NCBI RefSeq assembly: GCF_009914755.1
Contig: NC_060936.1
DNA: 64,000 nucleotides
DNA from: the human T2T-CHM13v2.0 reference genome, Homo sapiens
Direction: 5' to 3' (one strand)
The position numbers and the translations under genes are program-made. Shown in pieces: positions 26,781 through 40,727 of this stretch. A model generated the notes under the pieces. That model saw only the letters and a list, made by a program, of their open reading frames with translations, was not told the DNA's origin and searched no databases. Positions within the stretch are counted from its first letter, which is position 1. The number at the start of each line of letters is the position of its first letter.

Positions 26781-28935
26781 CCGCCGGGCAAGGCTGGGGG
26801 CTGCAGCGGCGGCTGCCGCGGTGTGGCCGGGAGGCCGGGCCGGGCCGGGGGCGGGGAGCTGGTGCAGGCCGAGAGCGGGGGGCTGCGGAGCCCCCGGGAG
26901 TGGGCGCCGGCGAGAGGAGTGGGCTGGCGCCGCCGCCTCTTTCCCCTCCTCCTCCTCCTTCTTCCTCTTCCTTGTCTCTCCGCCGCCAGCAGGTGGGACT
27001 CGGAGCCGCCGCCGCACAAAGCTCCGCCGGCGGCAGGACTGAGGCTGCGGGCTCCCCGGGCGCCTCTCGGCGGAGCCTCCCCCGAGACGCGCGCGAGGCT
27101 GAGCGGGCACGGAGGGGGCGCGCGCGCTCACACCCTCCGCGCCCCGGGCGGCCTGCGAGGCGCGCCCGGCCTGCCAGGTACCGAGCCTGGCACCGAGCTG
27201 CTGGTGCGGAGCCCACGCCGCTCCACCGCGGCCGCCACTCCCTCTCCGCCTCCCTCCCCGAGCCCAAACTGGCGGCTCCTCCGGCTTAGGCGACGACCTC
27301 GGTGGAGTAAGGGGCAGTGTCCTTCCCTCTAGTCCCTCCTCCGCGCCGCTCTCCCTACGCCCTGGCTGTCGCCCCCTCCCCCAAGTTGAGACTTGCAGCT
27401 ACGGATTTGCTAACTTCGCCCTCAACTGAGGGAAATAGCAACTTTTGGGATGGTCAGCGCTGGTCCCAGGAATACGTTTCCTGGCAGGGTGGGGAGGGCG
27501 TGAATGGAGACTCTCTTTTGTTTTAAATGATGCAGGGAGACCTTGGCTGAGTGAATATGTAATCGCTGTCTTCAAGCATAGGAAGGGCTTTATGATCAGG
27601 TTTTATGATTAGTTTCTTCCCCTTGTCATAGGCTCATAGAAAATCGGTGGAAAAATGAGTCAGGTGGGAGGGAGACAGCTTTGTGATACAGCCTGGAAGA
27701 TTCTGCCCAGACATGGGACTCTTGCTTGTGGTTTCAAAACGGTAATGCTAGGAGGGGCTCCTGACAGTGTTCCAGGTGACATTCGGTGACTGTCCTGTGG
27801 AGTATGACATCTGCCTCTGCCTCAAGGCTGGGGGCTGGCTAGAAAATACCTGTCTGTCCCTCCGGAGTATCTGATGTGGACCGAAGAATTTAGGGCCCCT
27901 GAGGCTGTAACTACTGGTTTGTGGTTGTTGGGGCCCAACCACTGCACTGCTATGAATGACTCGGTGTCCTGCAGTTTATTTTGGCCTCTGAAGGAACTGC
28001 AGTTTGCTCTCCCGAATTGAGGACATTGGCTCACACTGGCCTTCTCTCCCTCTCCTCTTGGAAACATAGTAATACTGCCAGAGAAATATATTAATTAGAA
28101 AAGGCTGAAAGATAGAATCTTCTTTTCCTCTGCCACTGCATAAGCGGTCTTATCGGGTGAGGACGTTTGCCTCTGCTGCTGTCCCTGGCCTGGGTGGCTG
28201 TCTGTCATTACAGAACTGCCCAGCTGCCAAAGCAAATGGCTATCTCTCCTAAGCACTGGAGAGGCTCAGGTCCAGAAGCTTCAAGGATAGAGGAACTGAA
28301 GGGCTAAATGAAGGGCAGAGTCAAACCATCCCAGGGGGTTAGCAGTAGAAATCCTGTCTGAGCTGTTCAAATCTTCTTTCCAGACTCTTTGAGAAGTAAA
28401 ATCCAGAAAATCAATATGAACGTCACACCTGTCACCTTTAAATGGCCCACCCTTCATCCTAAAATGAACAAGACTCCTTGGGTACTTTAGTCTGCTCCTA
28501 ACCTTGTTTCAAGGTCTAGTCCTGCCAATTTTATATAGAGAAAGGCATTTGCCATTGATTTCCCAAAGGGACAAGGACAATCAGGCCATAACCAAGACAT
28601 TTGATGTATGTATACAAGCAAAGACCTAGGTTTTGACAACAAAGAAATGACCACAACATTTTACAGCAGCTTATATAACATTTATATGTCCGTAGTGGGT
28701 CTAACAAGTATCGTTCTGGAAAAGCCACGCAATAAATGCCTTGTGTGGACTGAATCATACTCATACAGTTATAGTGCAATCAGCAGTACACTTGTCCTGC
28801 CAAGGTGAGTGATGGATTATAGTGCAGAGGAAGTTCCAGCTTACACCTGTTAATAGTATTTTAAGCCACATAGGCAAAATTCCTACAATGTGGTAGACTC
28901 TGGGCTAAAAGCTAAGGATACAAAAAGAAAATTAT

Positions 28936-29242
28936 GCTCATGCCTGTAATCCCAACACTTTGGGAGGCCGAGGTGGGAGAATCACTGGAGCCCGAGAGTT
29001 TGAGATCAGCCTGAGCAACATGGCGAGATCCTATCTCTATCAAAAGTAAAAGAAAAAGAAAAAAAATTAATTAGCCAGGCATGGTGATGCACATCTGTGA
29101 TCCCAGCTACTCGAGAGGCTGAGGTGGGAGGATCACTTGGGCCCAGTGAGCTGTGATTGTGCTACTGCATTCCAGCCTGGGCAACAAAGCTGGATCCTGT
29201 CTGAAAAAAAGAAAAAGAAAAAGAAAGAAAGAAAAAAGAAAA
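28936..29242 (+). mobile_element. AluJ, slightly 5'-truncated, with a small internal deletion in the right arm
   Basis: gggaggatcacttgggccca|gtgagc junction, flanks aaaagaaaattat/aaaagaaaagtat. Confidence 0.88.
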
Positions 29243-29677
29243 GTATAGTTTAGTAGGGAAGATCAAGTTAATGCCTTCTTCTGTGTGTAAGGGTCAGATA
29301 TTATTTTATGTATTATACAAGTGAGATTGGTTAAAGAACCTCTTAAGGATAGATTCGTATCCTTCCCATCACAAAATACTTATTGTCTAAACACTTGTTC
29401 ACCAATATCCAATGTCTTGTGTCATCATTGTACGTACACCAAAGTTATCAACGAGGCCCTAAGTTCTCTCAAGAGGAACCATGGCTTAACTCTCTGCATC
29501 CCCAGAGCCAGAGACAGTAAGCATTCAATCAATGTTAGTTGATGATGATGGTATTTAACCTCACTTGAGCCACACATAGCACATCACCACAGGGAAATAG
29601 CCCTTTAATGAATCCTTTTCATGATACTGTTGAGATCACTCTATAATATCAGACCAGAAAAAAAGAATGAAATCACT

Positions 29678-30225
29678 GAACTAGAAATACCATCTGACCT
29701 AGCAATCCCATTACTGGGTACATACCCAAAGGTTTATAACTCATTCTACTGTAAAGACACATGCACACGTATGTTTATTGTGACACTATTCACAATAGAG
29801 AAGACTTGGAACCAACCCAAATGTCCGTCAATAATAGACTGGATAAAGAAAATGTGGCACATATACACCATAGAATACTATGCAGCCATAAAAAAGGATG
29901 AGTTCATGTCCTTTGCAGGGAGATGGATGAAGCTGGAAACCATCATTCTCAGCAAACTATCACAAGAACAGAAAACCAAGCACCACATGTTCTCACTCGT
30001 AAGTGGGAGTTGAACAATGAGAACACATGGACATAAGGAGGGGAACACCACACACCGGGGCCTGTCGGGGGTGGGGGGCTAGGGGAGGGATAACATTAGG
30101 AGAAATACCTAATGTAGGTGACAGGTTGATGGGTGCAGCAAAACACCATGCCAAGTGTATACCTATGTGACAAAACTACACATTCTGCACATGTACCCCA
30201 GAACTTAAAGTATAAGAAAAAAAAA
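29678..30225 (+). mobile_element. L1PA 3' end (ORF2 C-terminus and 3'UTR)
   Basis: ORF 29621-30013 contains LEIPSDLAIPLLG...WNQPKCPS...WIKKMWHIYT, followed by poly-A. Confidence 0.92.
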
Positions 30226-31525
30226 CTTAAGTCTGAAATACTTGGTTTTATTGTCTAAAATCATCTTATGTTCAAAGCACCATTTATAAAAATCTATTCC
30301 AAGGAAATCATAGCACTATTTGGAGCTTTATGAGGAAGATATCTACCAGCCAGTAGGACATAAGATATATTCTTTTTCTCCTTTACTAAATTTGAAAATC
30401 AATATCCTTTAAAGACTGAAGCTACAACTACAGCCACTGTTTATAGACATCATCTCACTTATATTAAGAATTTGTGGTCCTTATTTGAACACAAATTCTT
30501 CCTAGTTATTTGTGTAACTTGAAAGGTTTTGCAGCCTGGGTTTATAGAATTCAAAATTTAGTTTAATTTGTTTTACCTTAACCAGTGTGCATAGTTGATT
30601 ATATAGGCCAAGAGACGTACTCTTAAATGTGGCCTCACTTGATCTCCTTTTCCATGTAAAATTTTCAAAATAAAGGGGCAAGAAGACATAATCTCCTACT
30701 CCTAGTACCTCCTTCACCTGGTAGGAAAGAAAAGGAAAAAAAACCCTGTAAACTAAAAGCTTTAATTTTATTGTTTGATCATCTTTTTCAAGCTTGCATG
30801 GATACATTCAGTCTATTGAAGAGCTGAAAATGTGTGTGATAGAGAGAAAGAGCAACTTCCCTTTCATTTCCTTTGTACTCTGACAACTGAGCTTCCAATC
30901 CCCTGCTCACAGGGCTTTCATACTAACAGAGTGTTATGACTTCTTGGGACTGAATTTCATGAGTTTGAGGAGTCCCCCAGGAGAAGTAAAATCCCAGCTG
31001 TTATTCTGGATTTGCTCCAGGGCCTAAAAACATCCACAATATATTTTTTTAAATCGTGCATTGACTTTTTATGAACACACACACTGCATACTAAGCAGGC
31101 ACCTGAAATTTTCAATAGTGCTACCAAAAAACAGCACTTATTTTCCATTGCATACAGTGAATTTGAAAACTATTTTAACACCTGATATGCACTCCTAGTG
31201 GGTATCTGTGGATTCACTTTTACCTGACAAATCCTCTTTCAACATTCAAAATGAAAGAAACTTCCTTGGACAGTTTATCATCTTGGGGAAAAAATAAAGA
31301 GAGGAGAAAACAAAGAGAATGAATTCAAGTTGCTTTTACTTTAAAATCTTCAGTTAGGAGAACGTAATGGGAGGAAGAGGAAGCATAAGAAAAGAAGCAG
31401 CTCTAACATGGATAATTTAAGTAAGGTGTGTTTGAAAGCAAACAGCAAGTTCACCTAGGAAAAAAATATTACAGTGTGTTTTAAAAAATGACAGTATAGG
31501 ACACTGCAATTGGGGCCAGAGAGAT

Positions 31526-32064
31526 TGTGATGATTGATTTCATGTGTCAATTTCACTGATCCAGCAGGCACCCAGATATTTGGTCAAACATTATTTTTAG
31601 TGGGTCCGTGTGGGTGTTTGGGGTAAACATATCAGTCAAATCAGTAGAGGGAGTAAAATAGATGGCCCTACCCAACGTTGGATGGGCAGTCGGTGGGCCT
31701 CATCCAATCAGTTGAAGGCCTAAGTAGAACAAAAGGGTTGACCCTCCTCCAGGTAAAAGAGAATTCCCCCTGCCTGATAGGGCCATATGCTTTATCATGC
31801 ATTCAGACATGAACTGACATGTCGGCTTTTCCCGGATCTCACACCTGTTGCCTTTGGACTGGAGCTGCTCCGTTGGCACTCTTGGTTCTCAGGCCTTTGG
31901 GCTCAGACTGGAAATATAGTATCAGCTCTCCTGGGTCTTTAGCTTGCCCACTCACCCTGCAGAGCTTGAGGCTCCCTAATCATGTGGGCCAATTCCTTAT
32001 AATAAATCCCTTGCATATTTATATGCATCTTATGGGTTCTGTTTCTTTGGATAACCATAATACG
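31526..32064 (+). mobile_element. MLT2 (ERVL) solo LTR inserted in a MIR
   Basis: TGTGATG..tgtgtcaa...cccagatatttggtcaaacattatt...ttctgtttct..taatac. 5-bp TSD gagat/gagac. MIR sequence continues 32065-32235. Confidence 0.85.
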
Positions 32065-33539
32065 GAGACCTAAGCTCAAATCTTGGTTATACCACACACT
32101 AGCTCTGTGACCCTGGGCAAGTCTAACTCCATGTCACCCATGTTTGAAATGTAATGCCTACATGGAAATGCTGTGGGGAGGATTAAATGAGCTAATATAA
32201 GTAGGGCACTTAGCACAGCATCTGATGTGCAGCTAATTATAGGTAGAAAGAAATTAATATATTGTTTTAAAAGAGAAGTTATGCAGAGTAGATTCTTGGG
32301 ATTCATGAGCTTCTAAAAATATGAGAACTCCCTAAACTTGTATGCAACATTTTCTGTGGCTGTTTATGATCCCCCCAATACACACACACAAACTTGAGGA
32401 TAAAAGAAGTTCATAGCTTTCATCAAGTTCTCAAAGAAATACTTAATCCAGAAAAAAAAAAAACGAAGGTTTCTGATAAGCATGAGAGGAAGACTCCATA
32501 ATATACAATTAACTTTGGGTTCTGCTAAAGAAAGAAAAGGATTAATCCTAAAGAAATTCACTTTCCTAATTGAGCTTTAGGATTACTGACCCTGAAACTC
32601 TCCACTCTCTCTTTGCCTTTGCATTCAAACTTTTCAGAAAGTCAACTATACCCCTGACATCCAAGTTTTCAACTCTTGATTCACACCTAAACTAATTGCA
32701 GTTTCTCTGTGCAAAGGCATTTTCATCATTGCAGGTCCCTGAGGCAAAAACATGAGGAACATTTTGACTCAGTCCCAAATCCCCAATTGGCTATCAAATT
32801 CTTTCAAATCTACCTTTGAAATAATTTTGGAATCTCTCTCATTCTTTTCCATGGCATTGCCCTGATTATTGACCTTATCTTTCACCTGGACAATCCCAAT
32901 AGCCTCTTCCAGGTTCACTTCTTCAGTCTATTCTTACTCCAAACTGCACTGCAGTCAACCTTATTGTTGTTGTAATTGTTTTCCTTTAAGTAAAATGACA
33001 ATTCATTTTCTGCTGTCTTCAGGTCTTCCAAGAATTCCTCATACCTATTCTGTCTTCTGCCACAATTATTGTACACGAGCACACACATGTCCTTTCTTCC
33101 TTCCTTCCTTGAACTGTCCCTAATATCCCCTTAAACCTGCTCTACCCTATATTACTTCCATTCCTTAAACGTGTCGTGTGTTTCTACACTTTATACCTTT
33201 GCTCATTAGGACTAAAATAAGTTGAGTGCCTGAGGCTAGAGAAGTTGCCTTACAACTAATATGTGCTGGAGCCAGAATTTGAGTGCCGGGTGTTGGACTC
33301 TAAAGTTTATTATCTTTCCACCCCACATTGAACTACTCACTTGCATTTCTCCCCAACAAACTTTTACTTCTACTCACTTTCATTTCTACACAACAAACTT
33401 ATTCTACCTCTTCTTTGCATCTTGATTTCACCCATTTCCTCTACCCCCTGCACTACCATGTCCTTGTTTAAAGTATTTGAGTGAATCTTATACGTAAATC
33501 CGGTCTACCCTACTATTCTCTAAGCTCTATAGGAAAGTA

Positions 33540-33760
33540 CGTAGAAGTAACCTGATTCTGGAGTCAGACAGTCTAGGTTCAAATCTCAAATTCTCCATCT
33601 GGGTGATCCTGGGCTTCTCCCTGTCTTTGTTTCCTTATCTGTAAAATGGGGCTAATAATAGGACCAATCTCATATCATTGTTGGGTGGGTTAGATGAGTT
33701 AGTGCATGCAAGCATTTAGACCCAAGTCTGATGCATAAAGAGAATCCAATAAATTTGACA
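33540..33760 (+). mobile_element. MIR
   Basis: ctggagtcagacagtctaggttcaaatc...ctgtaaaatgggg. Confidence 0.75.
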
Positions 33761-34553
33761 TATTATTATAGGGCCAGGTATGTGCCTTACATACCTTGGT
33801 ATTATCACAGGCATTAAGCATTGCACCTTATAAATAGTGTGAGCCCAGTGGATGCTTGCTGAAAGGATGAATATTAAAAATAGTTTTAATTTCCTACACA
33901 AACCTCCTGTGATCAGAAAGACTTGGCCCATAAATATACTAGAGATAGAAATCTTGCTTATTACAAGGTCTGACAATATTTCTAAAAGGAACCTTTTAGG
34001 TCAGAATGGAGAGCAATGACTTCATTATCCCGAACAAGAGAAAAATGACTAATTGAATAGAAGACTAGACATAAATAAGCATTTCATCAGGAAAATTAAA
34101 TAGAAGGTTCCTACCTTCATGACAAAAACCTGCTAATAATAAATTCAGGTTTAGTCCCTTGAGTATCTAAAAAAATTAGAGCAATGAAGTGATTAAGAAA
34201 ACTGATTTCAGAGGAAAATTAAGGTGGCTGGTTATATCTAGTATAGATTGGGGAAGCAATGACTAAGAGCTTTCTTGGTGGAAATTCATAGGATCATTAA
34301 AGGAGTAAATACCAAACAGGAAAAGGAATTATTTATCATGTTGGAGGTGATAAATAAAAGTAAAGGAATAAATGAAAGGAAAGTGTAAGCTCGTCAAGAA
34401 GCAACATTTAATTTGTATATAGGCTGAGGAGTAGTGAAAACTACTGGTTAGAAAATATTGTGTGCATACATCTTCTACTGGTTATTGATTGATTCAATCA
34501 TTTTAGGAAGCAATCTGGCAATATATAGAAACTGCAAACCACATATCATTTTA

Positions 34554-34961
<408 letters not shown>

Positions 34962-35035
34962 TTAAACATCATAATTTAAAAGATAGTAGTAAATTCTCAT
35001 GTTATAACATTTAGCACAAAAAAGGGTTACATATA

Positions 35036-35545
35036 CCATACTTCACAGATTCTAAGAGGCATAGTTTTAATATTTTTACATATCTAAAATCTGAATATTT
35101 CTTGTCATTTCATGGCATGTCCAAGTGTATTAAGACTTGCAGGTGGGGTGAGGTCAGCTTGAAGCCAAGTTCTAGAAACAATAACAGAACACTCTTTCAA
35201 GAAATGCTGTCTTGCCAATACCCTAGTTGAAACAGAAGATATTGTGTGGAAAACCACAAACATTGAAAAGTCTGAATCATAGAGTGAATCATAAGACTTA
35301 AAGTTTAAACATGAAAAAGTTTTAGTAATACCTAGACAATTAGTTTCACTTATTTTTTATTATGTAAGTAAAGATATTTGATAAAACCTATGTCTAAAGG
35401 ATTTCTTTCAACAAGTATAAAATAATAATTCTTAGTCGTTAAGCATTGTGTCATAGTACTAGCATAATTTTTGTTTATTTTGTAGTAGTGCATAAAGTAT
35501 TGATGGATGTTAATAAAGATGACCTCCTAGATTAACGAAAACCAA
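35036..35545 (+). mobile_element. TcMar-Tc2 (Kanga/MER104-like) DNA transposon relic
   Basis: TA|ccatacttcacagattctaag terminus. 35139-35249 translates AGGVRSA*SQVLETITEHSFKKCCLANTLVETEDIVW, resembling the pogo/Tc2 transposase C-terminal motif. Confidence 0.7.
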
Positions 35546-38500
35546 TATGTATATATAGTATGAACCAAACTTTTCTTAGAAGGGAAGAGATGCATCAAAA
35601 TGTATCCTGTCTATTAACATTATCTGTGAGTTTTATTCTCCTCTTTTTATACACTTTAATATTTTTCTTAAAAAGCAATATTACATTTCAATACAAAAAT
35701 TTTAGTAAATATTGTTTTTAAAAACAATAGAGAAAAAAACGTAGACTAAGGTTTTTCTAGACTACTCTAGAATTGGTATATCTATCAGCCATTCTGTAGT
35801 AAATAGGCTAAGAAATTGAAGTAGAGAAGTTTGAGTTCATTCTTGCTTCTGTCAATGTAACCATTTACAAATGATGTGGTTTTCTAAAATTTTCCTTTGC
35901 CCCTGTGTAAGAAATACACAATAATGTTCACCAGCCTATTTCAAAGTAACAGTGACTGAACATCTGGAATGAAACAAATAGATTATATCATAATTGCAGG
36001 GCATCTCAGTAAAGAGTATGAACACAAGCATTTTGTAAAGACAAATCTATTTTCCCTTTAACTTATCACTAAGTAACATTCATCTCCACACTGGTTATGG
36101 GGCCAGACCATCCAATCTATTGAAATCCCCAGGAACATCAACCTCAGATCAGTTTGTCTGATGTACCAAACGATTTTTTTAATACCCCTTAGGGATTTGT
36201 AAGCTTATTTATTTTTACAACCTGCAAACTTCAGTCTCGGCAATGAACATAAAGTGCCTGACACATATGTATTATGCATGTATGAGCATTTGTTTATATT
36301 ATCTTTGACTTTTTAAAATCTGTTCAATGAGCCTTTTTATTCCATACTTGTTATATACGATGTTTCATTAAGATCCATGAAAAGAGTCTCTCCTAGTTTA
36401 CATTTATATTATTTAAGCACTACAAGTGATATTTGCTACTGGTTATGTAAATGGAAAATAACTTATGAGATTTATGATGTTATTTTCTTTCCTGCACTTG
36501 GTGACTGGGTTGCCTCTTGGTTTTTATTTATGTCATGAATGATAATCAGCTCCTTCTGTTTGCCCACCCGCACAGTTGCCTGAGCTTTAGGTGTGGCTGG
36601 AAATGATGGTGGGGGAGGAATAACTGCACTCAGTTCAAATGATAATAGCCCGCTCCTTCTATTACAGCAACCGTGAGGCAGATCAGCTTCCAAGAAAGAA
36701 TGCCAACCTGCTTTCTGTAGGTGAAGAAGTCCCAGGGCTTGACTCAGAAGGTCCTCTAGCACCGCACTTTGCAGTCAGTCCTGTGGAAGATGCAAAAAGA
36801 CCTATCCTATGGAAATGCCTATAAATGATTAACAGGTAGACAAAGGAATTAACTCAAAATTGTAAGAAAGAGTAGATTAGATGAGCACCAAGAAATGTGA
36901 CTGTCTACAGCCACCTTGAAATCTAACAGGAAACAGGCCAAATGGCAAATTAGACTGTTTAATGGTTGTGTGTGAAAGTGCCTCCTCCTCATAAAGGAAC
37001 TGTAACAGATCCACTCTTGTGCAAAGAGAATGTTATAAACAAGATAATGAAGCTTCGAGATAGCTTCCCTAAATTCACTAAGTCATTAAGTAAATTTTAC
37101 ATTATAATCTAAGTGAAAAAAATAAACAAACCAGAAAAATCAAAAACAAACCAAAAACAGACCAGAAAAGCCTGAACAGGTCCTAAATGAAATGCCATGA
37201 AGGTCTCCTCTCAGAATCACTGTGGATTCTCTCATGCTCCGGATGAAGCAGATTGTATCAAGCAACAACATCACTGAACTTTTATTGAAAGTGCAATCCA
37301 TATTCTACAAATGAAACTTAGAGTTTCCTATCTGTCTGCAATTTAGTTCTATTTTTAACTCATTTCACAGCTCAATTAATATTCCAGTGTTTTATTCTTC
37401 TTCACATATTCAGAGCAGCCTGAAATAAACTTTACTTTGAAGCTACTTCCAGCCTTTGCAAATCCTTACCCTTCTCAGAACCTTCTTTTCCATCACTGCT
37501 ATTTGTTCTTTCTCCCTGGAGACTTCCTTGTTGTCACTTCAAGATACAGACCTTGCCACCTGCTTTCCACCATTCCAAACTGCACCTGTCCCAATTGTAA
37601 TCTCTGCTTTCTAAGTGCAAGTTAAGTAATCCAATACATTAATGTGTGCTAATGTATTATTGGTCATTATTGTGCAAATGAAAGCATGTTAATTTCCTAT
37701 CCTCTTTTCCCTTCTGGGAATTTTTACTATTTTACTATGGCCTTTTGAAAAATGGCTCATTTCAAAGAGGTGGTATTGGCAGTGGGAATTTTTAGGTATC
37801 AGACCTATGGAGGGAAGTAGGACAATCATGTGTGTGTGTGTGTTTCCTCAAATCACAACATGGAGGAATGGCATCACGTGGGTAGTAGCTGATGCATTTC
37901 ACTGTTACATTATGGATAATTCTGCAACAGTTCTGTTCAGAGCTGCTGTAGACTCAGCATTAGGTTAAACTCTAGAAATATGCCATGTAAAGTGACTTGC
38001 ATTTTCATGTCTATTATAAAGGTTAAAACATTTGAACTTTCTGTTTAATTGGTATATATTTAAACTTTTCTTGCAATGGTCAAAGAAAGACTTTTTGGCA
38101 TTAAACTGCTGCTGTGTAGAGCCTAAATGTCTGAAAAATTCATTAAAATAGCACTTTAATTTTGACAGAGTTGAACTGCTGGGAAAATTAATTGATTGTT
38201 TCTCACTTGAGCTTTGGAGAAGTCATTAAGGTTTTTATGGTTTATGGAAAATTGAGAATTGAAGTACACTAAAATCAATATGTTATCTGATGTACAGAGA
38301 AAATGGCACTTGAGATGAAAGAAAGCATAAACAATTCCTAAGAGCTTTTTCTTTCTTTCTCTTGATTCCACAGGCATATTTGCATAGAGCTTCTATATTT
38401 ACTTGTATTCAAAGTCCTTTGTCAGTCGTTTTTATTGTGATGCACATTATGGGGACAGAATAATGAGGTCGGAGAGATGAACCACTGCATTTTAGAAACT

Positions 38501-38557
38501 TTTCTGTTAATTTCAAAAAAAAAAGTATTAAGAACATAATATAAAATACCAGAAATA

Positions 38558-38688
38558 GTCTGGGCATGGTGGCTCACACCTGTAATCCCAGCACTTTGGG
38601 AGGCTGAGGTGAGCAGATCACTTGAGCCCAGGAGTTCAAGACCGGTCTGGGTAATACAGCAAGACCCTGTCTCTATTAAAAAAAATAC
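38558..38688 (+). mobile_element. FLAM (Alu left monomer)
   Basis: Monomer with perfect TSD TAAAATACCAGAAATA at 38542-38557 and 38689-38704. Confidence 0.9.
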
Positions 38689-40144
38689 TAAAATACCAGA
38701 AATATTCAGATAGGTCTGTATATTTTGAAACAACCCTTAACAAGAAAGTTGTAATTAGGCTAACATGTTAGGAGCAAGGAGAAATACTTCGAGGGTTCTA
38801 TATATATTGGGCTTATATGCATTATGGAAAAAATCATCATGCCTTCTGCAAATAATGGGTAATGAACTGGATGCTGGCTGGTGCTGCCAGCAAGACTTAG
38901 AAGCCCACTCTGTTATATTAACCAAGGATAAGAACAGAAAAAGAAAGAAGGATTGTAACAGAAAAGATCATCATGTAATTTAACTTTATTCAGTCCTCTG
39001 AGTATGTCCTCTCTGACCATCCCTTCTTCGGATTATACACATCAGTAATCCTGGGGGGATTTGACCATATTCAGATTATGCAAAGCCTGGATGGATTGGG
39101 GATTTTAAGAGTAGCCACTTCTGCATTTATCCACTTCTACTATCTCTATTCCAGAGAGAAAATGATATTTTCCTTTTTGAATATTCATTGCTGCTTCCAA
39201 ACTCGTTCAGCCTCAGACTGACTCTTTCCTTTCTTGGGTAGCTAACATCACTTCTAATTCACTCAACTTCCTACAAAGTCATACCCACAGTAGCCCATGC
39301 AGGCGTGGGATATTCTGGGAGACTGGTGAGATTGTTAGTGATAAAATACTTGTTAGTATGAGATTTGTCTCAGAAGCACTAAGTAAATCATGTAACCCTA
39401 TAGGTAACAGATTTATCGGTTATCATTGGATACTTTAAAACTCAGGATAGTTATCTATTAAGAATTTACCCTACAGCAGGTATTTTTGAGATATTCAAGC
39501 AGTTACATAACAAGACAAGAGTGTGCTCATTGAGTTAGCATTTGATACTTGACATGTTCAGATTTACTTGCCCATAGTTTTATATTTTATCCAATTAACC
39601 ATTGTTTTCTCTATTGGGAAACTAATCCTAAAGGAATATACCACAAATAGAGAAACTCTTTAAATCTCTTTTATAACTTACATACTTAACCTCTTTCTTT
39701 GCTTTTGTAGCATTATTATCAATGTCTGGAAAATTCATAAAGTCATTAAGAAATAAGCACCCACTCAAACCAAGGCAGGATGCTGGTTCATCTTATGGTT
39801 GTCAGCCTGGTGTGCAGCCCTTTACCTTGTCTTTATGCTGCCAACCTGTGAGTGACTAATCCTTGCCTTCTTCTCCCACAGTCAATTTATCCTATTATAT
39901 GTTCTCATGATAGGCATCTCTGAACATGTTCTAACAACTTGTTCAGAGGAAGGCTTTCAGTTGAAATGGAAGATGACTAGCAATTTTCACTCCTCCAATA
40001 GTTGTTCATAAGAATATAATTTATTAAGCTATATCTACTAAACTAAGAATAAAAATGTCTTGTTCATGATTATGCTACAGCTCTAGATTTATTGAGACAC
40101 AAAGCGGGGGAGGATAACCTTTTACACTGTAGCATATATTCTTT

Positions 40145-40426
40145 TTTTTTTTTTTTTCGAGATGGGGTTCTCACTCTGTCACCCAGGCTGGAGTGCAGTG
40201 GCACAATCTCAGCTCATTGCAGTCTCCATCTCTCAGGCTCAAGAGATCCTCCGAGTAGCTAGGACCACAGGCATGTGCCACCACTCCCAGCAAATTTTTT
40301 GTATCTCTGGTAGAGACAAGGTTTTGCCATGTTGCCCAGACTGGTCCTGAACTCCTGAGCTCAAGCTATTCATCCTCCTCAGCCTCCCAAAGTGTTGGGA
40401 TTACAGGTGAGCCACCGCGCCTGGCC
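40145..40426 (-). mobile_element. AluJ
   Basis: Antisense dimer with J-type motifs (ctcctgagctcaag). Confidence 0.88.
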
Positions 40427-40430
40427 ATCA

Positions 40431-40727
40431 TTTTTTTTTTTTTTTTTTTTGAGACTCAGTCTCACTCTGTTGCCCAGGCTGTACAGTGCAGCGATATCGG
40501 CTCACTGCAACTGCCACCTCCTGGGTTCAAGCAATTCTCCTGCCTCAGCCTCCTGAATATTTGGGATTACAGGCACGCGCCACCACCCCCGGCTAATTTT
40601 TGTATTTTTAGTAGAGATGGGGTTTCACCATGTTGGTCAGGCTGGTCTCAAACTCCTGACCTCGTGATCCACCCGCCTCAGCCTCCCAGAGTGCTGGGAT
40701 TACAGGCATGAGACACCACGCCTGGTC
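40431..40727 (-). mobile_element. AluS (Sg-like)
   Basis: Antisense dimer, ctcctgacctcgtgatcc. Confidence 0.9.

Larger units (their letters stand above)
25930..27420. promoter_or_regulatory. GRIP1: CpG island and GC-box promoter, including the 5'UTR of GRIP1b
   Basis: Abrupt rise in GC and CpG density. GGGGCGGGG Sp1 box near 26848, CACGTG E-box near 26167, (CG)n runs near 27088 and 27118. The exact TSS cannot be read from sequence. Confidence 0.9.

Noticed and set aside
25945-27332. Many overlapping 130-270 aa ORFs on both strands
   Set aside because: Pro/Gly/Ala/Arg-rich, low complexity, mostly non-ATG starts. Expected from stop-codon scarcity in a CpG island.
29621-30013. L1-like ORFs here and at 6710-6931, 50453-50695 and 63393-63641 as genes
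   Set aside because: They are ORF2 C-terminal remnants of 5'-truncated L1s.
31699-31711. DUX4-like tcatccaatca in the MLT2 LTR
   Set aside because: Mismatch in the TAA half-site, and the LTR points away from GRIP1.
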